Source: Mustelus asterias
Lineage: Eukaryota
Direction: 5' to 3'
Assembly (NCBI RefSeq): GCF_964213995.1
Contig: NC_135801.1
Span: 16,120,001-16,184,000 of the forward strand
Length of the DNA: 64,000 nt
Part shown: positions 51,897 to 63,660 of the stretch, piece by piece
Position numbering within the stretch: the first letter of the stretch is position 1
How the letters are laid out: each line of letters starts with the position of its first letter
Notes under the pieces: generated by a model
Databases searched by the model: none
What the model was told of the DNA's origin: nothing
What the model saw: the letters and a program-made list of their open reading frames with translations, nothing else
Program-made: the position numbers and the translations under genes

Positions 51897-52097
51897 CTGT
51901 GAAGTTTAAGTAAAGATCATTAGATTTTTCACCAAAAATCACTTAGAATTTTCATGAATAAAGACATCTAATGCAGGGTTAAGATCAATTTAAGGTCAAC
52001 AGCAGTCTTCTTTTACAAGTGGTCTTGCTGTTGTAAATATTTGTCACCGTAAAGGCTCTTGACACGTATCCCGTAATGGAACTTAATCAGCAAATTA

Positions 52098-52450
52098 GGG
52101 GAGATGATGGCCTCGTGGTATTATCGTTACACTATTAATCCAGAAACTCAGCTAATGTTCTGGGGACCCGGGTTCGAATCCCACCACAGCAGATGGTGGA
52201 ATTCGAATTCAATAAAAAATATCTGGAATTAAGAATCTGCTGGTGACCACAAAACCATTGTCGGAAAAACCCATCTAGTTCACTAATGTCCTTTAGGGAA
52301 GGAAATCTGCCGTCCTTACCCGGTCTGGCCTACATGTGACTACAGAGCCACAGCAATGTGGTTGACTCTCAGCTGCCCTCGGGTAACTAGGGATGGGCAA
52401 TAAATGCTGGCCAGCCAGTGATGCCCATGTCTCATGAATGAATAAAAAAA
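52098..52450 (+). mobile_element. tRNA-derived SINE, second family; relatives at ~14915-15180, 47935-48265, 37545-37665
   Basis: B-box gggttcgaatccc; body ctaatgtcctttagggaaggaaatctgcc; tail ...catgaatgaataaaaaaa. Confidence 0.8.
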
Positions 52451-53051
52451 GAGAATTTGCACTGACATTCTATTGCATTGTTGTTGGTGAAAGCACATGT
52501 TGAGAAAGAAAGTAAAATGCAAAATCTATTTTATGATTTATGTTCCGTCAAAATATAAATCAATCCACTTCAACCAGCTTTTATTTTTACCCATACCTTG
52601 CATGTGGCTATGATATTTAAACGCCTGGTCATAATATCAAATTTTCAAACCAAATGGAAATAAATAAAAACACAAATTATCTCCCTTAATTCATGTAAAA
52701 GTATTCACTTCCTTGCATTGTGAAAACAATCAATTCTTAAACGAAGCCTGATCATATTTTAGGACAAGTATTTGTAATTTTCTCTGAAGTGGTGGTTACT
52801 ATGTGGTTACTATTCCGCATGCCCTCCGAAAGGCACTGGCTTCTGGCTAGTTTCTTCACATTTGTGCCATCTCTAATACCACCTATTTCCACCTCTAAGA
52901 TATGTAGAGTGGAAGAAGGTGGTTTTCCACAAGGATACATACCAGGAGTTTAAAAGTTCCTGCTGAGCATTGTGTCCAATTCTTGGCATCTCATTGTGGG
53001 AAGGACGCCAAGGCGTTGGAAAGAATGCAGAGAAAATTTGCTGGAACAGTA

Positions 53052-53372
53052 CGGCACGGTGGCACAGTGGTTAGCACTACCGCCTCACAGCTCCAGGGAC
53101 CCGGGTTCAATTCCAGCTTCAGGTCACTGAGCGTGTGGAGTTTGCACATTCTCCCCGTGTCTGCATGGGCTTCCTTCGGGTGCTCTGGTTTCCTCCCACA
53201 GTCCAAAGATGTGCGGGTTAGGTTGATTGGCCGTGCTAAATTGACCCTAGTGTCAGGGGGATTTGCAGGTAAATATATGGGGTTACGGAGATAGGGCCTG
53301 GGTGGGATTGTGGTCGGTTCAGACTCGATGGGCCGAATGGCCTCCTTCTGCATTGTAGGAATTCTATGATTC
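53052..53372 (+). mobile_element. V-SINE, type-A tail, inserted in an old CR1 fragment
   Basis: Flanks read ALERMQRKF... and continue after the SINE. Confidence 0.9.
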
Positions 53373-54207
53373 AAAGGAGTACCAAAGAAGAGGAACTTCA
53401 GTTATTAGGAGAGACGAGATAATTTGAAATAGTTCTCCTCAGAGCCGAGAATGTTTAAAAGAGATTCAATATGGGAAATCAAAATTAGGTGAGGTCCTGA
53501 TAAAATAAATAAAAAACTAATTTCACTTCCATTGGCAGCAGAGTCAATAACCAGAGGTCACAGATTTAAGATAAGACCATGGGGGAAAAAAACAAGAATT
53601 TTTTACACAGCAAGTTTTGACTACCTGAAATGGTGGTAGACGCAGATTCAGTAGTAACATTCAAAAGGGAATTGGATATATAATTGTAATGGAAAATAAC
53701 TGCAGGGCAGTGAGGAGAAAGAGAGTGGGAATTAGAACTAAATAAATAGCTTCTTAAACAGCTGGCATGAACATGATGGGCCAAATGGCCTCCTTCTGTG
53801 TTTTATTATTCCATAATTCTAACACACAACAGAAGAATGATCATCATGTCCGCACTTTTCCTCACGACTTCTATAGCACCACAGCTCAAACTATCTTAAA
53901 ATGCTATCTAGTTTATGATAATGGGAGCATCCTCCGAATTTAGATAAAACTGAAGTAAATTTTCCCCAATTAGCACAGTACAGACAGATCCAATGATAGG
54001 CAAACTTAATAGCACATAATTAGCCATTTTGATTTGAATTCTGTTATTACAGCATGTTCCTTTACCATTCCAGCCAGATTGGCTCCAAAAGTCTTCCATA
54101 AATATTGCCTTACAATAGAGATCCTCTTTCACCACTTTTAAATGATGTATCTTCCTTTTCATCATACTATACTTAACCAACCTCCAATTCTTCCCCATGA
54201 TATTTAC

Positions 54208-55000
54208 CATAAAGTTCTTTGATGCCTTTGAACTGGAAAATCAGATCCTTGACCTTGCTCGGAAGTCCATAAAAAGGCCCAATATCAACCCCCGAAGTTG
54301 CTTCAATAGTTTTCAGAGCAATATTTATTTCCTCAGAAAGGCCAATCTCCTTCAGCTGTTTACTCCTGGATGCCTGTGGTACGGGTGCCGCAGCATTTCC
54401 AGCCATTGCATTTTTCATCTGATCTTTCAGGCTCATCTGCTTATTTGCTCCAGAATTTGTAGTCCTTGATTGGTTTTGTATTTTGTTAAGACTTAGCGTT
54501 TCATTCTCCGAATGTGAAGGAATATTAGGGTGGTCATTGACACAATAGTTCGACACCTCACTGGTTTCTGATACTAAGCTTTTGCTTCTATGCTTTATCA
54601 GTGTCGAGTTAAAGTCTTCCATGAGTGCAAGTTGTGAGCTTGGTAACTCATCTACGTTTCCAACATGCAACACCGATAAAGCTTCAGTACAAATCTGCTC
54701 ACTTGCAACATTGCTCTTCTTCCCACTAGAATCTTGCTTATCAGTAGCAAGGATTGCATCCTCTGCAGAGTGCTTGTGTGCTTTGTTATCATTGCTTTGT
54801 GAACAATTAAGCAAGTTGGGATTCTGAAATGTCGTCAGAGGTTCCACAGCGTCTTTCCGGTCTTCCTGTTCACTTTCCGCTGGGCTTGAAGTAAAAATGG
54901 GATATTGTCTTTCTGCATCTTCGAGCTGCGCCAAAAAGCAGCTGTCATCCGCAAAGCTATCATAGTCCCCAAAGAGGTCCTCTTGACTGTCACAGTCAAC
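54208..55000 (-). CDS. HELQ: HELQ coding exon 2 (793 nt)
   Basis: VDCDSQEDLFGDYDSF...LKDQMKNAMAGNA...DIGPFYGLPSKVKDLIFQFKGIKELY; ttttcag acceptor, gtaaat donor. Confidence 0.95.
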
Positions 55001-55534
55001 CTGAAAAAATAGAGAAACACAGGAAGTATTCTCAACTGAAAAGGTGCGCAAAGTCAATCTGTGCACATCAACAACACAAAAAAAACTCAATAATCACAGG
55101 AAGGAAAGTTTAGAGGTTAAAAGGCTTAGGGAATCATAACCTGGGCAATGCTCATTAATTAGTTTACAATTAAAATTTGGCGGAGAAGTCAGGCCTTTAT
55201 AAATATTTGCATAACCTCTAAACATGGGGAAAGGGCTGCGATCCTGCGCTTCATGTTCACTGTTACTATTCAACTGAGAAAATGTTCCTTAAAAACTGAA
55301 CAATGACTACATTCAGAGAAGGACATAAATAGGAATGCACCACTTCATCAAACTGTTCACATCACCCTGAACTTCCGTCAATTACAATAATCTTAGCATG
55401 TGGCAGGAAACTAGACATTTTGTTGTGCTCCTAGTGTTTTTAAAGAAATATCTTCAAACAGATTAATTTGTAATTATATATTGGCTCACAATATATACCT
55501 TATATCCAGTCAACTGGACACAAAAACACACATA

Positions 55535-56092
55535 CATAAGACCATAAGACATAGGAGCAGAATTAGGCCACTTGGCCCATCGAGTCTGCTCCGCCATTCA
55601 ATCATGGCTGATATTTTTTTCTCATCCCCATAACCCCTGATCCCCTTATCAATCAAAAATCTATCTATCTCTGCCTTAAAGACATTCAATGACCTGGCCT
55701 CCACTACCTTCTGCGGCAAAGTGTTCCACAGATTCACCACTCTCTGGCTGAAGAAATTCCTCCTCATCTCTGTTTTAAAGGATCGTCCCTTTAGTCTGAG
55801 GTTGTGCCTTCTGGTTCTAGTTTTTCCTACTAGTGGAAACATCCTCTCCATGTCCACTCTATCCAGGCCTCGCAGTATCCTGTAAGTTTCAATAAGATCC
55901 CCCCTCATCCTTCTAAACTCCGAGTACAGATCCAGAGTCCTCAACCGTTCATCATACGACAAGCTCTTCATTCCAGGGATCATTCATGTGAACCTTCTCT
56001 GGACCCTTTCCAAGGCCAGCACATCCTTCCTTAGATATGGGGTCAAAAACTGCTCACAATACTCCAAATGGGGTCTGACCAGAGCCTTATAC
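55535..56092 (-). mobile_element. CR1 LINE 3' end
   Basis: ORF 55510-55983 matches the CR1 ORF2 C-terminus; same subfamily as 17083-18082. Confidence 0.93.
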
Positions 56093-56889
56093 ACATTATA
56101 TATAAATATTATCTTTTTTATAATGTAGTCTCAAGACTATATAATGATTAACTGGTGTCACTGCAAACAGAATGTTATGTGAACAATTCATTACAGTGCA
56201 GCTAAATCTGACCCATTCCCTTCCGTCCCACTAGCTCGCAAGAGTATTCCCAATTCCCAACCGGTTGCAATTTCCCCAAAAGCTAATCTCATCCCAGCTC
56301 CTCTAAATTCCCCTTCCTTTCCCTATTTCACCTCTCTACCTCTCCCTTCTCCATCCCCATCTCCCCAGTCTTATGCCTCTCCTCCCCTGAGGCTGCTCTT
56401 CTTCCCCCCCCTAGCCAGTTCTCCTCTACTCTCCATCAGATAAGTTTTGCCACTCATCACCTCCCTCCTTCCAATCCTTCACAATCTCTGCACTGCAACC
56501 CTCTCCGTACTCTCTGATCTGAAACATTCAAATTGACCGGGGTAACAGGGCTAGGGTCAGGAAATTGTTGTTGGTGCAGACTGGATGGGCCAAATGGCCT
56601 CCGTCTGCACGTAAGGATTCTATGACCTTATTCTTGTGTACCACAAGAGATCACACAGTATCAAGAAACAAAAATCTCAGATTTCCAGCATCCACAGTAT
56701 TTTGCTTTTATTAAAAATCTCATGCTTGCATGCAACTTTTTTCTGGCAATTGTTTTCAACACCCTGCGCTTCTTTGAAATACTGCCATGGGATTTTTTAC
56801 ATCTACCGGAGCAGTCAGATGGAGCCTTGGTTTGACATCGCATCTGAAAGACTGCACCTCTGACAATCATAATCTGACTCCCTCACATG

Positions 56890-57342
56890 GTAAGACTCCT
56901 GCTCTGACCAAGACTGCAAGAAACTACAAAGGATTGTGAACGGAGCCCAATCCATCACACAAACCAGCCTCCCATCCACTGACTCCATTGACACTTCCTG
57001 CTGCCTCGGAAAGGCAGCCAGCATAATCAAGGACCCCACGCACCCTGGACATACTCCCTTCCACCTTCTTCCGTTGGGAAAAAGATACAAAAGTCTGAAA
57101 TCACGTACCAACCGACTCAAGAACACCTTCTTCCCTACTGCCATCAGACTTTTGAATGCACCTACCATATATTAAGTTGATCTTTCTCTACACCCTAGCT
57201 ATGACTGTAAGACTATATTCTGCACCCTCGCTTTCCTTCTCCCCTATGTATTCTATGAAAGGTACTTTTTGTCTGTATAACGCACAAGAAATAATACTTG
57301 TCACTGTATCCCAATGCATGTGGCAATAATAAATCAAATCAA
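56890..57342 (+). mobile_element. Rex1/Babar-like LINE 3' end
   Basis: Same C-terminal peptide and aaatc tail; inserted in a DeuSINE-like fragment. Confidence 0.85.
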
Positions 57343-57525
57343 CACTACCCTGGACTGTCAGCCTACATTTTTGTGCTCAAGATCTGAAATGGCACTGCAA
57401 CAGCGCGTTTACATAGTCAGGTTTCCAGGATAAATGTGAACAGAGAAATTTACAAGAGAAATATAAAAACAACACTTTTAAATGGGAGCTGAATTATATC
57501 TGCATGCCCTGACCCAACTATCTCT

Positions 57526-57640
57526 GTAAGAAGTTTAACAACACCAGGTTAAAGTCCAACAGGTTTATTTGGTAGCAAAAGCCACACAAGCTTTCGAGGC
57601 TCTGAGCCCCTTCTTCAGGTGAGTGGGAATTCTGTTCACA
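57526..57640 (-). mobile_element. Penelope-like remnant, family A, with intact hammerhead core
   Basis: Single arm; direct repeat aactatctct at 57516-57525 and 57641-57650. Confidence 0.75.
57585..57621 (-). ncRNA. Minimal type I hammerhead ribozyme motif
   Basis: CAC-CUGAAGA-A-GGGGC(UCAGA)GCCUC-GAAA-GC-UU-GUG; palindromic AGCU in place of stem III. Confidence 0.65.
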
Positions 57641-58319
57641 AACTATCTCTACCATTGTACCTCACTTGACCTTGCATCATGGACCACACTTCAATTTGAC
57701 TTCCTGGGGATAATTCTGACCGTGTGAGATATAATTCAACAGGCGTGGTGAAATTGTAATCTATTTTATGTAAATCAGGAAACTGACTAATTATCATGAA
57801 TGTTATATTATTGCAAAAGGTCAAAATTAGCTCTATCCACCCAGTGCGTAACACCATGGAAGTTTACCGAGCATATCTTTTTATAACTAATTAAAATTAT
57901 TAAAATTGTAAATTGGTTTTAATTTAACTGTCTCGCATTAGAAAATGAGTTGAAGGAAATGAACATTGATGACCTGGTCAGCATAGAGTAATTTTATGCA
58001 GTGTGAGGTGTATAATTATACTTCCTCTAGAATCTCCGTACAGGGTTTGGGTGGAGGGGAGATTATCGCCTGACAGAATTTTAATGGAATTTTAAATGTT
58101 CTTTATTAAACATGGAGACGTTTGTATTTTATGGCGGAATATAAACCAATAAACATGCTGGAATGGGAAGCAAGAAAGTTCTCAGCAAATATAACCCTCT
58201 GAATTTAAAACAGCAGGTTTGCCACACGAGTTAATAAGGAAGTTCTACTCATTGATTCATTTTCTATATGCCACCAATCCTTGACATGCATTTTCTATTT
58301 CTCTGTAAATTCATCACTT

Positions 58320-58610
58320 GTTTATTTATTAGTGTCACAAGTAGGCTTACATTAACACTGCAATGAAAACACAGTGAAAATCCCCTAGTCGCCACACTCC
58401 AGCGCCTGTTCGGGTACACTGAGGGAGATTTTTTTAAGCATGGCCAATACACCTAACCAACATGTCTCTTGGACTGTGGGAAGAAAATGGAGCACCCGGA
58501 GGAAACCCATGCAGACACGGGGGGAACGTGCAGACTCCGCACAGTGACCCAAGCTGGGAATTGAAACCAGGTCCCTGGCACCATGAGGCAGCAGTGCTAA
58601 CCACTGTGCT
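58320..58610 (-). mobile_element. V-SINE, type-B tail
   Basis: Head, V-domain and type-B tail. Confidence 0.88.
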
Positions 58611-58915
58611 ATCATCCTGCCTAATGTCCACTTGTGGACATCAACAAATCTCTGTTGTACTTTTATTGCGCTTTTTGTGCATCTTTACATGTCCTTTGTA
58701 TTAGCCAGTTATATCTTTTAGCTGGGCCTTCATTATACATGTTGTTTATCTTTTATCCAGATCTTTGTCGTGCATTTTTGTTGTATCCTTTACATGCTTC
58801 ATGTACACCAGCATATGCCGTGTAGTCCATCCCTTTACAAGTCTTGTATGCAAAGACAGATTTCTTAGATTTGTAAACATCTGATAAATCTTCAAATCAC
58901 TGTGTGCTGTAATAC

Positions 58916-59122
58916 CTGCTCCATGTAATCCTGGGTCAGTGATGCTGCAGGATGTATCTCCTCCTCTTGCTTCACAATCATTTCAGGAACACTCAGGTAA
59001 TTATTGTTCTTTTTCTTGCTGGGCGGTGGTGTATTGACACGGATATTTTTTTCCCTAATACGTTTCCGTACAGGGACCCACTGATTTGTATCCTGACTTT
59101 CATTGGCCTGGTCCAAATCCAT
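58916..59122 (-). CDS. HELQ: HELQ coding exon 1 (poorly conserved N-terminus)
   Basis: aacATGG start; MDLDQANE...VRKRIR...PPSKKK...YMEQ; donor CAG|gtatta in phase 0 joins the next exon; gives a total length of 1098 aa. Confidence 0.75.
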
Positions 59123-59249
59123 GTTAAGACGTACTGAATGTCACAGTAGGTCTGCCTTGTTTCTTGGTGAACCATGGGACCTGGCTAAAGCCAATTTCCA
59201 TTCCACAGCATCTTCCCATGAAAACACAATCAGACTGGAATATTTTCAC

Positions 59250-59565
59250 ACACATTGGAGCTGTCACAATCACACCCAAACACATACAGCACACAAGACC
59301 AAATCACACCCACAATGTTCACAATCATCGTGGAGCTCAATCTGACTCTTCATGTTCACACTTACAGCAGAACAATCACCATCACATTGTGTTCACAATC
59401 ACACACCAATCGAACAGTCACCATCCCATTCAGTGTTCACAATCACACCCTAATGTTCACACTTACAGCAGAACAGTCACCATCACACTCAATGTTCACA
59501 ATTACACCCCAGTGTTCACAATCACACTCAGTGTTCACACTCACAATGGAGCTGTCACAATTACT
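59250..59565. repeat. Degenerate minisatellite (tgttcacaatcacac-type units)
   Basis: Repeated tgttcaca/atcacac units; larger duplicated block tgttcacacttacagcagaaca. Confidence 0.8.
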
Positions 59566-59790
59566 CTGGTGATGATGGTGCCGCTGCACTGACAGTTGGA
59601 ATTTAAACGCTGCAGATTGATTGGTAGCTGTGGATTTGCTCTTGTCCGGATCAGGCCAGCCTCAGCCCCGCCCCCGGTCTCCCTGCCACCGCCGGAAGGA
59701 GGCTTGTTTCTGAACGTGCGGGGCCGGGGGCGGGGCTACACTCGGCAATTACGCAATTTCCGTCCGGATGTCGCCCTCGGCAAAGCGTTG

Positions 59791-60050
59791 AGATCTGCGC
59801 GCACGCGCAGAACGTGCTCTATGAAGATCCGTGCGCACGCGCAGACCGTGTTCCATGAAGATTTGTGCGCACGCGCGGACCGTGCTCCATGAAGATTTGA
59901 GCGCACGCGCGGACCGTGCTCCACGACGATGCGCGAACATGCAGGCTGTACCACCGCCTCAGTGTTTGCGCACGCGCAGAAAGTGCCCATGAGCGTTCGC
60001 ACACGCGCAGATCGTGCGTCCAGGTGGTGTTTGCGCACGCGCAGATCGTG
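59791..60050 (+). repeat. ~34-bp tandem repeat with GCGCACGCGC core
   Basis: Core starts at 59799, 59833, 59867, 59901, 59968 and 60033, with degenerate copies near 59931 and 60000. Confidence 0.9.
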
Positions 60051-60063
60051 GGGTTCGAGCAGG

Positions 60064-60094
60064 ATGCTGCGGGCGGTGAGGACATGGCGTCCAG
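60064..60094 (+). CDS. MRPS18C: MRPS18C coding exon 1 (mitochondrial targeting peptide-like)
   Basis: aggATG MLRAVRTWRP, donor CAG|gtaac phase 1; head-to-head with HELQ as in other vertebrates; an upstream in-frame ATG exists at 59929, so the start is uncertain. Confidence 0.6.
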
Positions 60095-60270
60095 GTAACA
60101 GGCCAGCAGCTGGTAGAAAGTGCTGGCAGCGGGGACGGTGTGATGACTCGCTTATAGGGCTGAAGAAGTCCATATTTTATTTTTCTCTCCTCAAACACTG
60201 ATTATGCCGCACTGTTACCTTTACAAGAGTCACTGGTTAGTTGGGCCCCAGCAGTAATGTTGTGTCTGAT

Positions 60271-60585
60271 TGGGTGGCACAGTGGTTAGCACCGCTGCCT
60301 CACAGCGCCAGGGTCCCGGGTTCAGTTCCAGCCTCGGGTCACTGTCTGTGTGGAGTTTGCACATTCTCCCCGTGTCTGCGTGGGTTTCCTCCCACAGTCC
60401 AAAGATGTGCGGATGAGGTGGATAGGCTCAATAAGTACTCAATTTATCACAAATTGCCCCTTGTTATCAGGGGGACTAGCTAGGGTAAAATGTATGGGTT
60501 TATGGGGACAGGGTCTGGGTGGGTTGTGGTCGGTGCAAACTTAATGGGCTGAATTGCCTCCTTCTGCACTGTAGGGTTTCTACGA
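60271..60585 (+). mobile_element. V-SINE, type-A tail
   Basis: Head, V-domain and type-A tail. Confidence 0.88.
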
Positions 60586-60855
60586 TTGTGGATGTCAGAC
60601 CAGAGTCTAGGAAGGAGGTCAAGGACTTTAGAGAGGATTTGTTCAGATTGGTACCAGGAATGAGGGGCTTCAGCCAAGAAGCTAGCATTGCTCATCTTGG
60701 AGTGGAGAAGGGAGATCTTAATCAAGGTGTTAAGAATCATGATGGGTTTTGATTAAAGTAACAATTTGTTACATTGACAGAAGAATTTATAACCAGAGGA
60801 GACACATGTAAAGTAAGTGGCAGAAGAGCCAGAGATGAGGTGTGATCTTTTTTAT

Positions 60856-60984
60856 TAAAGCAAAATATTGCAGATTCTGGAATCTGAAACAAAAACAGAA
60901 AATGCTGGAAAATCTCAAGTCTGACAGCATCTGTGGAGAGAATAGAGCTCATGTTTCATGTCTGGGTGACCCTTTTGTCAGAGC
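60856..60984 (-). mobile_element. Penelope-like remnant, family B, decayed hammerhead
   Basis: Same family sequence ending gacccttttgtcagagc; flanked by ctttttta on both sides. Confidence 0.65.
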
Positions 60985-61117
60985 CTTTTTTACCTTTAAG
61001 AAGAATGGTTTGGAATGCACTGGCTGAAAGGATGCTGGAAAGGTATTAAATAGTTTCTTTCAAAATGGACTTGGATTAATAGTTGAAAAGGATATATAGA
61101 GGGTAGGATTATTAAAT

Positions 61118-62090
61118 TTGTCGACGACACAATGATTGGCCAGGTGGTTAACAGTGAGGCAGAGTGTCTTGTGATACAAGAAGATATAGATGGAATGGTC
61201 AGATGGGCAGATAGAATTTAACCTTGAAAAGTGTGAGGTGATGCACTTTGGAAGGAGTAATTTGACAAGGAAGTACTCATAGAAACTAGAAGCAGGAGTA
61301 GGCTGTTCAGCTCTTCAAGGCTGCTCCGCTATTAATTTTGATCATGGCTGATCCCCCCCATAGAAACAATGAATGATAAGACACTAGGAAGTTATGTGGA
61401 ACAAAGGGACCTTGGCATGTTTGTCCACAGATCTCTGAAGGCAGAAGGGCATAGTAGTAGGGTGGTGAAAAAGGCATATGGGACACTTACCTTTATCAAT
61501 CGAGACATAGATTACAAAAGCAGGGAAGTCATTTTGGAGTTGTATAGAATTTTAGTGAGGTCACAGCTAGAATACTGTGTGTAGTTCTGCTCACCACATT
61601 ATAGGAAGGATGTGACTGCACTGGAAGGGGTGCAGAGGAGATTCACCAACATGCTGCCCGGGATGGAAAATTTATGTTATGAAGAGAGGTTGGGTAGGCT
61701 TGTGTTGTTTTCGTTGGAGTAGAGAAGATTGAGGGGTGACCTGATTGAGGGCCATGGACAGAGTGGATAAGGAGCAGCTGTTACTCTTAGTTGAAGGGTC
61801 AGTCACAAGGATACATAGGTTCAAGGTGAGGGGCAGGAGGTTTAGGGGGGATGTGAGGAAAAACGTTTTGACCCAGAGGGTGGTGATGGTCTGGAATGTG
61901 CTGCCTGGAAGGGTGGTAGAGGTGGGTTGCTTCACATTCTTTAAAAAGTATCTGGGTGAGCACTTGACACATCATAACACTCAAGGCTATGCGCCAAGTG
62001 CTGGCCGATGGGATTAAGTGGGAGTTCTGGTGTTTCTAATGTATTGGTGTGGAGCCGATGGGCCTCTTCTGTGCTGTATGATTCTATGAT
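61118..62090 (+). mobile_element. Degenerate CR1/HER1-like LINE 3' fragment
   Basis: EQRDLG...VRSQLEYCV, RVVMVWNVLP; (tatgattc) tail. Confidence 0.88.
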
Positions 62091-62682
62091 AAATTTGCAG
62101 ACACTGGGAAAGAGTGGAGGTGTGATTTCGATTGGATAGCTCTTTGAAAGTGTAGACGATAGTTATCTGACTGCAGATTTGGGAGCCCTACTTTAGAAAG
62201 AACATTAAAACCATAGAGAGCGTACAGGAATTTTATCAGGATGGTACCTGGGATGGGAAATGATAGCTCTGAGAGGATACAGGAACTGTTTCCACTGAAT
62301 CACAGAGCAGATTTAATTGAGGGTTAAAAAATTATTCATAATTTGATAGATGAATATAACTCTGATTGGCAAACCAGATATTGGAATGGGGCACCAATTT
62401 TAAAATGATCGGTGCAAGTGGGGAAAGACTGTAGGAAAACTTTTAATTATATAGAGTTGTTGGGACATGGGATGCCTTGTCACCCTGAGTGATTGAGGGC
62501 TGGTCTCCTTGAAGCAGCATGGTGTGCTGCTCTTCTAAATTCCAGCTTTCTCTGGTTAACAACCATGCAAACGACATCTCCTTTAAGTCTACCGCCTAAC
62601 TTCGTGGCTTGATTTCTCTTTCTTCACCCCGCCTAACCCCCCCCTCAATTGTACACAGCCAATCTCTGAGTTTATGACCTTG

Positions 62683-62918
62683 GTAAGAAGTCTCACAACA
62701 CTAGGTTAAAGTCCAACAGGTTTATTTGGCAGCACTAGCTTTCGGAATCTCAGACTCCTTCACCAGGTGAGTGAAAAGCTGAGTTCACAAACAGGGCATG
62801 TAAGGAGCCTGAGACTCCCAAGAGCTAGTGCTGCCAAATAAACCTGTCGGACTTTAACCTGGTGTTGTGAGACTTCTTACTGTGCTTACCCCAGTCCAAC
62901 GCCGGCATCTCCACTTTC
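62683..62918. mobile_element. Penelope-like remnant, family A, inverted structure
   Basis: Palindromic arms plus tail; direct repeat tgaccttg at 62675-62682 and 62919-62926. Confidence 0.75.
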
Positions 62919-63598
62919 TGACCTTGCCCAGTGCAATTGATCCCCTTGCACAGCTAAATTTGTTTACTTCTCCACTGTTGTTTAAATTTCCTCGTTCCCA
63001 GCACATTTTAGATTCAATTTACCCAAAAAGTTCACCACCAGTTTGCAGCAACCTGACTTAGATCGAGTGCTTTTGGGGATTGGATTGCTTTGGATTGGCT
63101 TTAAGATTGGTCTACAACAGGGACACCCAATAATTGAATGCAAATGCTCTAAAACTTCAAAAGGGCTACTCTGCTCTGTAACTTGCATCATATAGGAACC
63201 GAGAATTAGATTTCATACGGTGGATCTGAATTTCTTGTTGCCTCGTTTAATGCTTTTTGAAAATTTCTGTACTCTGTGCTGAGGAACTAGCAGATATTAA
63301 CCCTAAGGATAATAAGGTTGATCCTACACAAGAGTCTGGAACTAATACAATTACTTTGACAATTATCACTTGTGAAGTGCCCTAGGTATTTGAGTACCTA
63401 GCTGTGTTAGATTGACAGCAGGAATTGTTTGGAGGCAGGAATTGTCTGCACAATTGAAACCCTGGTTTAAAATCTAATGTTGAACTCCTGCTCTAGAGGG
63501 CAGTGATTCCGAGCATTTGCTATGTAGCAAACCCCAAGCTACATGAAGGCTGGCCTACCATTCACATACCCTTTATTTTTCATTTATTTGCTTTGCAG

Positions 63599-63660
63599 CA
63601 TACTGGCAAAAGGGGATCAGCACTCAACATATCCCAACGACTAGCAACACTTCTGATATG
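63599..63660 (+). CDS. MRPS18C: MRPS18C coding exon 2
   Basis: Strong acceptor tttatttgctttgcag, donor ATG|gtaaga; in frame with exon 1: AYWQKGISTQHIPTTSNTSDM, resembling human LWRRGCSQQVSSNEDL just upstream of the S18 domain (domain lies outside the window). Confidence 0.68.

Larger units (their letters stand above)
59600..60140. promoter_or_regulatory. CpG-rich bidirectional promoter of HELQ / MRPS18C
   Basis: Densest CpG cluster in the window; GC boxes (ccccgccccc ~59666, ggggcgggg ~59727), ETS-like ccggaag ~59692, repeated GCGCACGCGC NRF1-like sites. Confidence 0.85.

Noticed and set aside
59164-59592. His/Thr-rich 142-aa ORF
   Set aside because: Translation of the CA-rich minisatellite; no splice or homology support
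60084-60094. Alternative MRPS18C start at gacATGGcg
   Set aside because: Splices into exon 2 out of frame and hits a TAG; at most a competing out-of-frame start
59736-60173. Arg/Ala-rich ORFs across the promoter
   Set aside because: Expected from GC-rich tandem repeats lacking stop codons
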